Shown here piece by piece: positions 56,020 through 64,000 of a DNA stretch of 64,000 nucleotides (position 1 is the stretch's first letter; each line of letters begins with the position of its first letter). Where the stretch lies: positions 74,564 to 138,563 of the forward strand of contig CAMAXY010000001.1 in the NCBI GenBank assembly GCA_945862215.1, in the 5' to 3' direction. Origin of the DNA: Singulisphaera sp. GP187 (lineage in GTDB: Bacteria; Planctomycetota; Phycisphaerae; Phycisphaerales; SM1A02). The notes below the pieces were generated by a model. The model was given only the letters and a program-made list of their open reading frames with translations. It was not told the DNA's origin and ran no database searches. Position numbers and translations under genes: made by a program.

Positions 56020-56861
56020 TTGCTCTGAGTCGAGCCAGAAGCTTGCACGACTTGTTTGGCGGCGGCAACCGATAGATCGCGTCCGCGATCACGAGCAGCG
56101 TGGAGTGCATCATGCACCATCGAGTGAAATCCATGGGCTTCGAAGATCGCCAATGCTGCGCTTGTTGTTCCACCTTGGCTTGTCACCATCCCGCGTAATT
56201 CGGATGGTGTTCTCTCACCGCGAGCAAGAAGCGTTGCGGCACCGAGCAATGCTTGTCGAACAAGTCGATCAGCAGTGGAGCGATCGAAACCAAGTCGTAT
56301 CGCGCTTTCAACCATTGATTCAGCGAGCATAAAAAGATATGCGGGGCCTGATCCGCTCGTCGCGGTTGCGGCATCAAACAAATTTTCTTGAATTTCAACG
56401 GTCGTCCCCATCGAGCCCAGCAATCGAAGTGCAAGATCACGGTCGCCATCAGAGCATTGAGGAGAGCATGCATATGTGGTCACGGCCAAACCGATTTGCG
56501 CCGCAACATTGGGCATACAGCGGACGCAGGACAGATCATCACAGAACGCTTCTTGAAGACGAGCGATTGAAACTCCTGCCATGACCGAAACTACCAGTGT
56601 GCGCGGTTGCAAAGCACCGATTTTCAATGCGAGTTCAGGAAATGATTGAGGTTTGACGGAGATCGCGATCATCGAGGCATTCACAATGATTGATGGATCG
56701 TCCGAAGCGACACATCCCAGAGCACCAGCGCGCTTTCGAGCCAATGGATCTGGATCAAGAACAAGAATAGAAGTGGGCGAAAAAAGATTCGACCGAAGAG
56801 CCCCTGCAACAAGTGCAGAGCCCATACTGCCAAAGCCAACAACAGCAAGAGAGTCGGACAT
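56016..56861 (-). CDS. proC: pyrroline-5-carboxylate reductase
   Basis: VVGFGSMGSAL Rossmann N-terminus and the C-terminal P5CR dimerisation signature (VTSQGGTTSAAL). Confidence 0.85.
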   Translation of the reverse strand: MSDSLAVVGFGSMGSALVAGALRSNLFSPTSILVLDPDPLARKRAGALGCVASDDPSIIVNASMIAISVKPQSFPELALKIGALQPRTLVVSVMAGVSIARLQEAFCDDLSCVRCMPNVAAQIGLAVTTYACSPQCSDGDRDLALRLLGSMGTTVEIQENLFDAATATSGSGPAYLFMLAESMVESAIRLGFDRSTADRLVRQALLGAATLLARGERTPSELRGMVTSQGGTTSAALAIFEAHGFHSMVHDALHAARDRGRDLSVAAAKQVVQASGSTQSK

Positions 56862-56896
56862 ATTGAAACAATAGCACGATTGGTAAGATTCGGATC

Positions 56897-57877
56897 ATGT
56901 CTAAGAGCAATTCAGGAGCGGTCGCCACGCTCGATTTCGAACAACCGATCGTTGAGATAGAGCGGCAGATTGCCGCCCTCGAGGCACGAGGTGAAGGTGA
57001 AGGCGTGTCCGACGAGTTGGCAACGCTCTATGCGACTCGCGAAACAATCCTGACGAAAACTTATTCTGATCTTTCTGCGTGGCAGACTGTTCGAGTCGCT
57101 CGTCATCCAGCGCGTCCGCAGACCTTGGATTATGTCGATTTGATGTGTCGAGATTTCTGCCAATTGCACGGCGATCGTCGATTTGCAGATGATCCTGCGA
57201 TTGTTGCTGGCTTCACGAGAATTGGTCCGTGGAAAGTGCTTTTAGTTGGTCACCAGAAAGGGCGGACGACACCAGAGAGAATCGCTTGTCGCTTTGGTTG
57301 TGCGAATCCCGAGGGTTATCGCAAGGCGCTTTTGAAGATGAAACTTGCCGAAAAATTCAAATTACCAATCGTGACATTGGTTGACACGCCTGGCGCATAT
57401 CCCGGAATTGACAGCGAGCAGCGGGGACAGGCCGAAGCAATTGCCGTGAATTTGCGTGAAATGAGCAGACTCCGTACTCCGGTGGTGACAGTTGTGATTG
57501 GCGAAGGCGGATCAGGCGGTGCGCTGGGTATCGCCATCGCGGATAGAGTCGCAATGCTGGAAAATGCTTGGTATTCAGTGATTTCTCCTGAAGGATGCGC
57601 TGCGATTTTGTGGAAAGAAGCGAACGAACGCACAAATCCGCTTGCAGCAAAGGCGTTGGCGCTGACGGCAAAAGAGAATCTTGCAAATGGACTGATTGAT
57701 CATGTCATTCGCGAGCCTGTTGGTGGTGCGCACCGAAATCCCAAGGCGACAGCTGCGTCGGTTCAGGCCTGGATCATTGAGCAACTGAGCGAATTGACGC
57801 GTCTTGATAGCGAAACGCTTGTGCGTCGGCGTTACGAGAAATTCCGCAGGATTGGTTCGGCAAGTACGAAGACGTAA
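56897..57877 (+). CDS. accA: acetyl-CoA carboxylase carboxyltransferase subunit alpha
   Basis: LDFEQPIVEIE.., ARHPARPQTLDY, VDTPGAYPG, IGEGGSGGALG. Confidence 0.9.
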   Translation: MSKSNSGAVATLDFEQPIVEIERQIAALEARGEGEGVSDELATLYATRETILTKTYSDLSAWQTVRVARHPARPQTLDYVDLMCRDFCQLHGDRRFADDPAIVAGFTRIGPWKVLLVGHQKGRTTPERIACRFGCANPEGYRKALLKMKLAEKFKLPIVTLVDTPGAYPGIDSEQRGQAEAIAVNLREMSRLRTPVVTVVIGEGGSGGALGIAIADRVAMLENAWYSVISPEGCAAILWKEANERTNPLAAKALALTAKENLANGLIDHVIREPVGGAHRNPKATAASVQAWIIEQLSELTRLDSETLVRRRYEKFRRIGSASTKT

Positions 57878-57967
57878 ATTGGGTCGCAGGTGGACTGGAG
57901 CGGGCTTCGGTAGATCAGGCATTGACTTTTGCAGAAAAAACGGTAAAATATGCCGTTTCCGCCCTAT

Positions 57968-58004
57968 GTTTGTTCAAGTTGAGCCCCAGGTTTGTTCAAG
58001 TTGA
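57968..58004 (+). promoter_or_regulatory. two perfect 15-nt direct repeats upstream of the dksA-like gene
   Basis: GTTTGTTCAAGTTGA occurs at ~57968-57982 and again at ~57990-58004 (22-nt period). They lie ~70 nt upstream of the ATG at 58074, and a TTGACT..TAAAAT promoter-like pair sits at ~57923-57949. Confidence 0.35.
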
Positions 58005-58073
58005 AATCAATGAGGAGCGGAAATTTTAGATATTTCGCAGAATCTATTTCCACACACTACTGAAGGAACCTTT

Positions 58074-59021
58074 ATGTCCTCAAAAAAGAAATCTTCTTCG
58101 GACGAGAAAAAACAGAAGAAGAAAATTGACCCAAAGAAGAGCGCTTCCAAAAAATCTGATCTGAAATCGAGCCCAAAGGCAAATGCGAAGTCAGTCGTAA
58201 AGCCAATGCCAATTGTTGTTGGCAAGAAACAACCACCGCCAACTGCTCCGCAGTTGACGAAGTTGCCGCCGCCCAAGTTGGTCTATGTGATGCCCAAGAG
58301 CATTGTCGGAGAACCGCCGCCGCCACCAAAGCGTTCGAAGGGTGCTCCACCTCCAGTCATCGCAAAGCCAAGAATGAAGGCGAAGCCTGCTCGACCGAAT
58401 GATCGTTCGAAGGAGCCGAAGAAGAAAATTGATTTTGCAAACGCGATCTCTGTTGGTGCCGCTGCAGCGGAAGTTGCTTCGGCGCAGAAGACCCCGACGG
58501 GATTCGTGGTCATCAATGGTCGACGAGTGCGCGTCATTTCTATGAAGGGGATCAAGGTTCCAAAGAAGAAGGGTGTTGCAAAGGCGGCAAAAGTTGCTGC
58601 TGCTGAGGCAGAAGCTGCAAAGAGTGTCTTGAAATTGGGACGGACGAAATTGTCTGATCGAGATCTCGAGCGATATCACGCAATGTTGCTGAAGGTGCGA
58701 ATGGAATTGGTTGGTCGCGTCGAATTGACTGAGAAGGAAGCACTCAAGAGCAACGATGGAAATCTTTCGACGATGCCTTTGCATATGGCTGACATCGGAA
58801 CCGATACATTTGAACAGGATTTTGCCTTGGAATTTGCACAATTGGATCGCAACTCCGTCCACGAGGTCGATGATGCGCTCGGGCGAATCAAGGATCGCAC
58901 TTTTGGATTATGCATGATGAGTGGACAAGCAATTCCAAAGGGTCGCTTAGATGCGAAGCCTTGGGCGAAGTACACGGTCGAGTCTGAACGCATTGCTGAA
59001 CGATCTCGGGGTCGCGTGTGA
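58074..59021 (+). CDS. DksA/TraR-family protein with ~190-aa Lys/Pro-rich N-terminal extension and degenerate zinc finger
   Basis: The C-terminal ~120 aa resemble the DksA coiled-coil and finger (LERYHAMLLKVRMELVGRV.., EVDDALGRIKDRTFGLCMMSGQAIPKGRLDAKPWAKYTVE) but keep only one Cys of the C4 finger. The N-terminus is KKKSSSDEKKQKKK...PPPPPKR low-complexity sequence. Confidence 0.65.
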   Translation: MSSKKKSSSDEKKQKKKIDPKKSASKKSDLKSSPKANAKSVVKPMPIVVGKKQPPPTAPQLTKLPPPKLVYVMPKSIVGEPPPPPKRSKGAPPPVIAKPRMKAKPARPNDRSKEPKKKIDFANAISVGAAAAEVASAQKTPTGFVVINGRRVRVISMKGIKVPKKKGVAKAAKVAAAEAEAAKSVLKLGRTKLSDRDLERYHAMLLKVRMELVGRVELTEKEALKSNDGNLSTMPLHMADIGTDTFEQDFALEFAQLDRNSVHEVDDALGRIKDRTFGLCMMSGQAIPKGRLDAKPWAKYTVESERIAERSRGRV

Positions 59022-59731
59022 ATCGAGAAGGTCTCGCTTTGGAGAGTTCTTCTGATCTCGCGTCCGATCTCGCTTCAGTTCCAGCATGGCGATCGACGAA
59101 AGCGTGGATCACGCTTTTGTTGGTATTGGTCGTCGCGCTCGGCGTTGATCTCTGGACAAAGTCAGAGGCATTTGCTGCAGTTGCGGGATTTCCTGTGGTA
59201 CTCGAACCGCGCGAAGCTGTCTCTGATCCTTCGTACCGAATTCCATGGCATAACGGAGTGCGTGCGATATCGCCGGACTTGTTGGATTTTCATCTTGTCA
59301 TCAATCATGGTGCAGTCTTTGGTATTGGGCAGAATGCGCGTGGCGTTTTTATTGTTTTCACTTTGATCGCAGTTGCAGCAGGAGTTTTTATTTTCGGCTG
59401 GTGGACTCGAGCAAGAGCAACATGGGCGCATATCGCAATTGGATTGATTCTTGCGGGAGGGATTGGCAATCTGTATGACCGCATGACTTTCGGTGCGGTG
59501 CGCGATTTTCTTTATATGTTTCCGCGCAGAAATCTGCCGTTCAACTTGCATTGGCCGGGTGGAAGCGCAGAAATATTCCCGTGGGTTTTTAATGTGGCAG
59601 ATATGTTGCTCTTGATGGGGATGGCTCTCTTGTTGTTGCACTCGCGCCAAGAAGATCGTCGGCGAGAAGCGCTTGCAAAGAAATCAAGGAACGCGAGTGA
59701 GGTCACTCAACCCCAAACGATTCGGGAGTGA
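59018..59731 (+). CDS. lspA: lipoprotein signal peptidase II
   Basis: VINHGAVFGIG and FNVADMLL motifs with 4 TM helices. It overlaps the dksA-like gene by 4 nt. Confidence 0.85.
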   Translation: MNREGLALESSSDLASDLASVPAWRSTKAWITLLLVLVVALGVDLWTKSEAFAAVAGFPVVLEPREAVSDPSYRIPWHNGVRAISPDLLDFHLVINHGAVFGIGQNARGVFIVFTLIAVAAGVFIFGWWTRARATWAHIAIGLILAGGIGNLYDRMTFGAVRDFLYMFPRRNLPFNLHWPGGSAEIFPWVFNVADMLLLMGMALLLLHSRQEDRRREALAKKSRNASEVTQPQTIRE

Positions 59732-60445
59732 ATCGAGCGGAATCGCATTGTCGATTGAAAACGGAGCGCTCCAAGTGCGCCGAATCGAAAGGCAATGTCC
59801 ACCAGTGCCCAGCGCTCGACCAAGGTCGCGAGCGAGACTGCGAACATAAAAACCTTTTGCACAGTGAATGTCGAGCGTGACGAGTGGCCACGCAAAATCT
59901 CGCAGCTCAAGTGCGTGCACTTGAGCGGGACGTGAGACGGGACCAGCAGGGGATGCAGGTGGTGATTCGGATGCAACATCGGATGTCGATGTTGCAGTTG
60001 ATTGTTTCATCGCACGACGAGCAATGTCGTATGAGCGTCGCCCTGCGATTTTGACTGCGCTGAATGCGGGGGGAGTTTGCATGATGGAACCGCGGAAGGC
60101 GATCAGCGCGTTTTGAATTTCGGATTCAGTTGGAGGACGATCAACTTGAACGTTGATCATCGCGCCTTCGCGATCGTCGGTTGCTGTGAAAGCGGAGAGG
60201 TCGATTACCGTCTCGTATTTTTTATCGCCGCCCATCAGTTCTGCGAGCGTGCGGGTGAAACGGCCTAAAGCGATGACAAGTAGGCCTGTTGCCAGTGGAT
60301 CGAGCGTTCCAGCGTGACCGCAACGAACTCCGCCAGCTGCACGACGAACGCGCTCGACTGCTCGCATGCTTGTGGGGCCTTCTGGCTTGTCGATGAGGAG
60401 AATGCCCTCGAGAATTGGCTCGGTGTTGTCGGGAATGCTCATCAC
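59684..60445 (-). CDS. truB: tRNA pseudouridine(55) synthase
   Basis: [17 protein letters not shown].., [19 protein letters not shown]. Its 3' end overlaps the lspA 3' end (convergent, ~48 nt). Confidence 0.85.
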   Translation of the reverse strand: MMSIPDNTEPILEGILLIDKPEGPTSMRAVERVRRAAGGVRCGHAGTLDPLATGLLVIALGRFTRTLAELMGGDKKYETVIDLSAFTATDDREGAMINVQVDRPPTESEIQNALIAFRGSIMQTPPAFSAVKIAGRRSYDIARRAMKQSTATSTSDVASESPPASPAGPVSRPAQVHALELRDFAWPLVTLDIHCAKGFYVRSLARDLGRALGTGGHCLSIRRTWSAPFSIDNAIPLDSLPNRLGLSDLTRVP

Positions 60446-60463
60446 GCTAGACTAGTCGCCCCT

Positions 60464-60550
60464 GGACAGGTGTCCGAGCGGTTGAAGGAGCAGCATTGGA
60501 AATGCTGTATACGGGCAACCGTATCGGGAGTTCGAATCTCCCCCTGTCCG
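60464..60550 (+). tRNA. tRNA-Ser (anticodon GGA)
   Basis: Hand-folded cloverleaf. Acceptor GGACAGG/CCTGTCC; anticodon stem CAGCA/TGCTG with loop TTGGAAA; long variable arm ATACGG-GCAA-CCGTAT; T-arm GGGAG-TTCGAAT-CTCCC. No encoded CCA. Confidence 0.9.
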
Positions 60551-60566
60551 TTCAGGTGATTCGCGT

Positions 60567-60605
60567 GTCGTGCGCGTCGAGCGAAATGTGTTCGCCGCGC
60601 ACGAC
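60567..60605 (+). other. nested GC-rich hairpin in the tRNA-Ser/tRNA-Pro spacer
   Basis: GTCGTGCGCG-tcga-GCGAA-atgtg-TTCGC-CGCGCACGAC forms 10-bp outer and 5-bp inner stems. It may be a processing or structural element. Confidence 0.4.
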
Positions 60606-60630
60606 AGATGTAGTGAATCCTTTGATTCAA

Positions 60631-60705
60631 CGGGCTATAGCTCAGCTTGGCTAGAGCGTTTGACTGGGGGTCAAAAGGTCGTGGGTTCAAATCCCGCTAG
60701 CCCGA
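60631..60705 (+). tRNA. tRNA-Pro (anticodon GGG)
   Basis: Hand-folded cloverleaf. Acceptor CGGGCTA/TAGCCCG; D-arm GCTC/GAGC; anticodon stem TTTGA/TCAAA with loop CTGGGGG; T-arm GTGGG-TTCAAAT-CCCGC. No encoded CCA. Confidence 0.9.
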
Positions 60706-60716
60706 CTCCTCGCTTC

Positions 60717-60789
60717 GAATCGGAAGGCCCGAGCGCCTTCCGATTCCTCGCTACGGGGTCGGTCTACTCACGTCGGCTTCGCCGACGTG
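60717..60789 (+). other. two perfect hairpins immediately 3' of tRNA-Pro
   Basis: GAATCGGAAGGC-ccgagc-GCCTTCCGATTC (12 bp, ~60717-60746) and CACGTCGGC-ttc-GCCGACGTG (9 bp, ~60769-60789). Neither has a clear T-tract, so their terminator status is uncertain. Confidence 0.4.
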
Positions 60790-61210
60790 TTGCGTTCTCG
60801 CCTGCGTTCTCACCACTCGTTCTCCGGTGCGCACCGAGTGCGCCCGTCGAACTCGTGGCTCGTCCGCTTAGGCTCGCCCGCGCGCGCTATGGTGCCTCAG
60901 CGCTGCGCGCTGAGTCATCAAATCCTGCGTTCTCGCCAATCGTGTTCGGCTGCAAGCAAGCTTGCGCCGCCCGCTCTGGCTCGCCCGCGTTCTCGCCTGC
61001 GTTCTCACCATTCGCGTTCGGCTGCAAGCAAACTTGCGCCGCCCGCTCTGGCTCGCCCGCGTTTTCCGGTGCGCACCGAGTGCGCCCGTCGAACTTGTGG
61101 CTCGCACGCGTTCAGCCCGCTCTGGCTCGCTCGCGTTCTCGCCTGCGTTCTCGCCATTCGCGTTCGGCTGCAAGCAAGCTTGCGCCGCCCGCTCTGGCTC
61201 GCCCGCGTTC
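60790..61210. repeat. mosaic array of three GC-rich repeat modules (non-CRISPR)
   Basis: Module A is GCGTTCTCGCC(T)GCGTTCTC(A/G)CCA, at ~60792, ~60987 and ~61133, with a half copy at ~60927. Module B is TTCGGCTGCAAGCAA(G/A)CTTGCGCCGCCCGCTCTGGCTCGCCCGCG, at ~60945, ~61017 and ~61163. Module C is TCCGGTGCGCACCGAGTGCGCCCGTCGAAC(T)(C/T)GTGGCTCG, at ~60823 and ~61065. The A+B composites at 60987 and 61133 differ at 2 positions. Confidence 0.75.
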
Positions 61211-61250
61211 ATTTAGAATTTCAGTCATTTCCGTCTATAGTGTCTGCTTG

Positions 61251-62432
61251 ATGCGATCGACCTTTCTGCCATTCTGCCGCCCATCAATTTCCGAAGAAGA
61301 CATCGCCGCAATTGGTGATGTTCTGCGCAGCGGATGGATTACAACCGGTCCGCGCGTCAACGAACTTGAACAAATGATCGCCGACCGCACAGGCGCCAAG
61401 GAAGCAATCGCCGCAACATCCGGCACCGCTCTGATGCACCTCACTCTGCAGGCAATGGGAATCGGTCCTGGCGACGAAGTCATCGGCCCATCCATGACTT
61501 GGGTCTCGACTCCAAACATGGTCGAAATGCGCGGCGCGCGAAATGTTTTCGTCGATGTCGACCGCAACACTTTGCTCGCATCTGCAGATGCGATCGAAGC
61601 AGCAATTACCCCGCGAACGCGCTTGGTCATCCCCGTGCATTATGCCGGCGCTCCAGTGGATATCGATGCGATTCGCGCACTCTGTACAAAGCGCGGTGTG
61701 CCGATTTTGGAAGATGCTGCACACGCAATTGGAACGCAATACAAGGGCCGCGAAATTGGCGGCGGAGATCCCGCAATTTTTTCGCTGCATCCAATCAAGA
61801 ACATCACATCAGGTGAAGGTGGCGTGCTGACAACAAACGACACAGACCTTGCCAATCGCGTGCGCCGTCTGCGCTTTCACGGATTGGCCGTCGATGCAAA
61901 TGATCGCCGTCAACAAGGTCGTTCGCCGCAGGCCGAAGTGCAAGAGCCGGGCTATAAACAGAATATGGCGGACATGAATGCGGTTCTTGCAGTTCGTCAG
62001 ATGCCACGATTGGATTGGTTTATCGAACGACGCGAAGCAATCACTCAGTTCTATCGAAGTCGCCTCGCTGAAGTCGACGGCATCTTGCCGATGACCGACC
62101 CAACATGGTCGCATCGGCATGCGCGTCATCTCTTCGTTGTGCGCGTTGATGAAAAAATTTGCGGCATGGATCGCAATACTTTTATGGATGGATTGAAGGC
62201 GCGCAATATCGGCACTGGAATTCATTTCTTGGCATCACACGGGCAGAAGTGGTATCGAGAGAATCGGCCGGAGTGGATGGGAAAACTTCCAAATACCGAG
62301 TGGAATTCTGCGCGAATTTGCACCATTCCATGTTTCCCAGATATGACTGACGCAGATGCGAACGATGTGATTGATGCAATCAAAGAGACGCTCGCAGGTG
62401 CACGCGCGACCGTCAGTGGAGGCATCCGATGA
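61251..62432 (+). CDS. arnB: UDP-4-amino-4-deoxy-L-arabinose--oxoglutarate aminotransferase (DegT/DnrJ/EryC1 family)
   Basis: [36 protein letters not shown].., [32 protein letters not shown], and [25 protein letters not shown] are collinear with enterobacterial ArnB as I recall it. The 620-aa track ORF is a read-through across tRNA-Pro and the repeats. Confidence 0.9.
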   Translation: MRSTFLPFCRPSISEEDIAAIGDVLRSGWITTGPRVNELEQMIADRTGAKEAIAATSGTALMHLTLQAMGIGPGDEVIGPSMTWVSTPNMVEMRGARNVFVDVDRNTLLASADAIEAAITPRTRLVIPVHYAGAPVDIDAIRALCTKRGVPILEDAAHAIGTQYKGREIGGGDPAIFSLHPIKNITSGEGGVLTTNDTDLANRVRRLRFHGLAVDANDRRQQGRSPQAEVQEPGYKQNMADMNAVLAVRQMPRLDWFIERREAITQFYRSRLAEVDGILPMTDPTWSHRHARHLFVVRVDEKICGMDRNTFMDGLKARNIGTGIHFLASHGQKWYRENRPEWMGKLPNTEWNSARICTIPCFPDMTDADANDVIDAIKETLAGARATVSGGIR

Positions 62433-63439
62433 ACGCAGAGAAAACATCAGTCACAGTTGTGATTCCGGTTTATAACGAGAAGGACAACATTCCTGAATTG
62501 CTCGAGCGAACATTGAAAGCCTGTCGCGCGCTTGGTCGTGCAGGTCGTTCGTGGGAACTGATTCTGGTCGATGATGGGAGCCGCGATGGATCATCTGAAA
62601 TGCTTGCGGAAGCTGCGCGCAATAATGCGGGTGAAATCAAAGCGCTCTTACTGAATCGAAATTATGGTCAGCACAATGCGATCCTCTGCGGCTTCGGCGC
62701 AGCGCAGGGCGACATCCTGATCACGCTCGATGCAGACTTGCAGAATCCTCCAGAAGAAATCGGAAATCTTGTTGCGAAGATTGATGAGGGCTTCGATGTG
62801 GTTGGTTCGATTCGACAAGATCGTCAAGACGCGCTCTTTCGAAAAGTATTCAGTGGCATCATCAATATGATGGTGCGAAAATCGACCGGCGTAAAATTGC
62901 GTGACTATGGATGCATGCTTCGTGCGTATCGACGGCGCGTAGTTGATGCAATGTTGAGCTGTCGCGAACGGCACACATTCATTCCAGTTCTTGCGAATCT
63001 CTTTGCAAAACGGGTGACTGAAATTCCAGTCGGCCACGCAGAGCGTGCGCGTGGCACAAGCAAATATTCGGTCTTGAATCTCATCAATTTGCAGTTCGAT
63101 CTATTGACCTGCATGACAACTGCTCCGCTTCGAATTCTCTCGTGGATCGGCGCAGGAATCTCAGCGCTTTCCATCGGTTTCGGCGCGCTGCTTTTGGTCT
63201 TGAGATTGGTCTATGGAACCGAATGGGCAGAAAATGGGGTCTTCACCCTTTTCGCAGTCGTCTTCTTCTTCATCGGCGCGCAATTTATTGCGCTGGGCCT
63301 GATGGGCGAATACATCGGGCGAATACATGCCGATGTGCGCGAGCGTCCGAGATATATCGTTGATCGGGTTGTTGGCGAAACGCTTGGCGAATGTCATTCG
63401 GCCAAAGTTGCAGTGGCGCACGTTGCGCGCGAGAGTTGA
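62429..63439 (+). CDS. arnC: undecaprenyl-phosphate 4-deoxy-4-formamido-L-arabinose transferase (GT2)
   Basis: [53 protein letters not shown] and C-terminal TM helices. It is very close to E. coli ArnC as I recall it and overlaps arnB by 4 nt. Confidence 0.9.
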   Translation: MNAEKTSVTVVIPVYNEKDNIPELLERTLKACRALGRAGRSWELILVDDGSRDGSSEMLAEAARNNAGEIKALLLNRNYGQHNAILCGFGAAQGDILITLDADLQNPPEEIGNLVAKIDEGFDVVGSIRQDRQDALFRKVFSGIINMMVRKSTGVKLRDYGCMLRAYRRRVVDAMLSCRERHTFIPVLANLFAKRVTEIPVGHAERARGTSKYSVLNLINLQFDLLTCMTTAPLRILSWIGAGISALSIGFGALLLVLRLVYGTEWAENGVFTLFAVVFFFIGAQFIALGLMGEYIGRIHADVRERPRYIVDRVVGETLGECHSAKVAVAHVARES

Positions 63440-63455
63440 AATAAAGGAGTTTTCA

Positions 63456-64000
63456 ATGCGAACTGTTGTTCTTGCTTATCACGAAATTGGCGCCGCATCT
63501 TTACAGGAGGCAATCCGCAGCGGCTTGAATGTTGTCGCCGTCTTCACGCATCGTGATGATCCAGCCGAAGGTGGTTGGTACGCAAATGTTGCACGCATCG
63601 CTGCGGAACATGGAATTCCGGTTCATGCTCCAGAAAAGATTGATCATCCGATTTGGCTTGAACGCATTCGTGCGATGAAGCCTGAATTGTTGATGTCATT
63701 TCACTATCGAAATATGGTCGGCGCCAAGATCCGCGCGCTCTTTCCCGCAGGATGTATCAATCTGCATTCGGCGCTTCTTCCAAAGTATCGCGGCCGCGCT
63801 CCGATCAATTGGGTCTTGGTCAATGGCGAAACTGAAACGGGTGTCACGGTTCATCACATGGTCGACAAGTCCGACGCTGGCGACATCATCGCTCAGCGCA
63901 AGGTTGCCATCGGCGCAGATGATGACGCGCGTTCATTGACCGCTCGAATGGCAAAGGAATCCGCTGCGATCTTGGCAGAGGTGATTCCGCTGATCAAGTC
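63456..64000 (+). CDS. arnA: UDP-4-amino-4-deoxy-L-arabinose formyltransferase domain (ArnA N-terminal part), truncated by window end
   Basis: The ATG at 63456 is preceded by AAGGAG. The frame is open to the window end. Formyltransferase motifs are present (VFTHRDDP.., INLHSALLPKYRGRAPINWVLVNGETETGVTVHHM..D.GDII). It is absent from the ORF track because no stop codon lies in the window. Confidence 0.8.
   Translation, partial: MRTVVLAYHEIGAASLQEAIRSGLNVVAVFTHRDDPAEGGWYANVARIAAEHGIPVHAPEKIDHPIWLERIRAMKPELLMSFHYRNMVGAKIRALFPAGCINLHSALLPKYRGRAPINWVLVNGETETGVTVHHMVDKSDAGDIIAQRKVAIGADDDARSLTARMAKESAAILAEVIPLIK

Noticed and set aside
57923-57949. Confident sigma70 promoter call (TTGACT/TAAAAT) upstream of the dksA-like gene
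   Set aside because: By my count the spacer is only ~15 nt, shorter than the usual 16-18 nt. It is therefore mentioned only as context for the direct repeats, not listed as a feature.
60790-61210. Possible CRISPR array, suggested by the multiple GC-rich repeats
   Set aside because: The repeat modules are of three different kinds. They abut or interleave with each other without unique spacers of constant length, and the periods are irregular (72, 146 and 242 nt). No cas genes or leader are present in the window.
60570-61250. N-terminal 227 aa of the 620-aa track ORF fused to ArnB
   Set aside because: This part of the ORF reads straight through tRNA-Pro and the repeat array, giving low-complexity AFSPAFSP/RSGSPAFS peptide. 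The ATG at 61251 gives an N-terminus (…[14 protein letters not shown]…) that aligns with known ArnB starts.
60446-61250. tRNA-adjacent integrated mobile element or prophage
   Set aside because: No integrase, transposase, excisionase or phage gene lies on either side within the window. Only repeats are present, so island status of the arn genes remains a hypothesis (see findings), not a feature.

Overview
This is a gene-dense 64-kb chromosomal segment that looks like Planctomycetota (Phycisphaerae- or Planctomycetia-like). The taxonomic pointers are two prepilin-leader DUF1559 proteins, a DUF2231-PSCyt1 (planctomycete cytochrome c) protein, a PEP-CTERM-tagged protein, and proteins ending in tandem dockerin/EF-hand-like modules.

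Most genes are housekeeping:
- Acyl-CoA carboxylase beta subunit and rdgB.
- An NfeD-NfeD-FloA flotillin operon.
- An LPS block (GT9 heptosyltransferase, maf, lpxK, hldE).
- HU-dnaB and an ECF sigma module.
- An atypical Opp/Dpp-like ABC importer.
- bcp, dut, truA, ispF, murD, miaB, ftsW-murG-dinB, tatA, mltA, an ABC-2 exporter, proC, accA, dksA-like/lspA and truB.
- tRNA-Ser(GGA) and tRNA-Pro(GGG), followed by an arnB-arnC-arnA(partial) L-Ara4N lipid A modification operon.

I found no CRISPR array, cas genes, integrase, transposase, prophage, toxin-antitoxin pair or known phage-defence system.

The least-explained parts are:
1. A GC-rich hairpin cluster and mosaic repeat array of about 0.5 kb between tRNA-Pro and arnB.
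2. A block of three secreted proteins (37.3-42.1 kb) carrying shared C-terminal sorting-type tags. It is followed by two paralogous small membrane proteins and an orphan MlaF-like ATPase.
3. An ABC importer with three permease genes, large insertions and a single ATPase gene.
4. A translationally coupled pair of secreted or unknown proteins (49.1-52.0 kb).
5. Lysine-rich histone-H1-like tails fused to Bcp and to a cysteine-poor DksA-like protein.

None of these is proven to be a new system; all functional readings are hypotheses. CDS coordinates come from the ORF track, with start codons re-chosen by me where stated. Small hand-indexed features (hairpins, promoters, repeats, tRNA ends) may be off by 1-2 nt.
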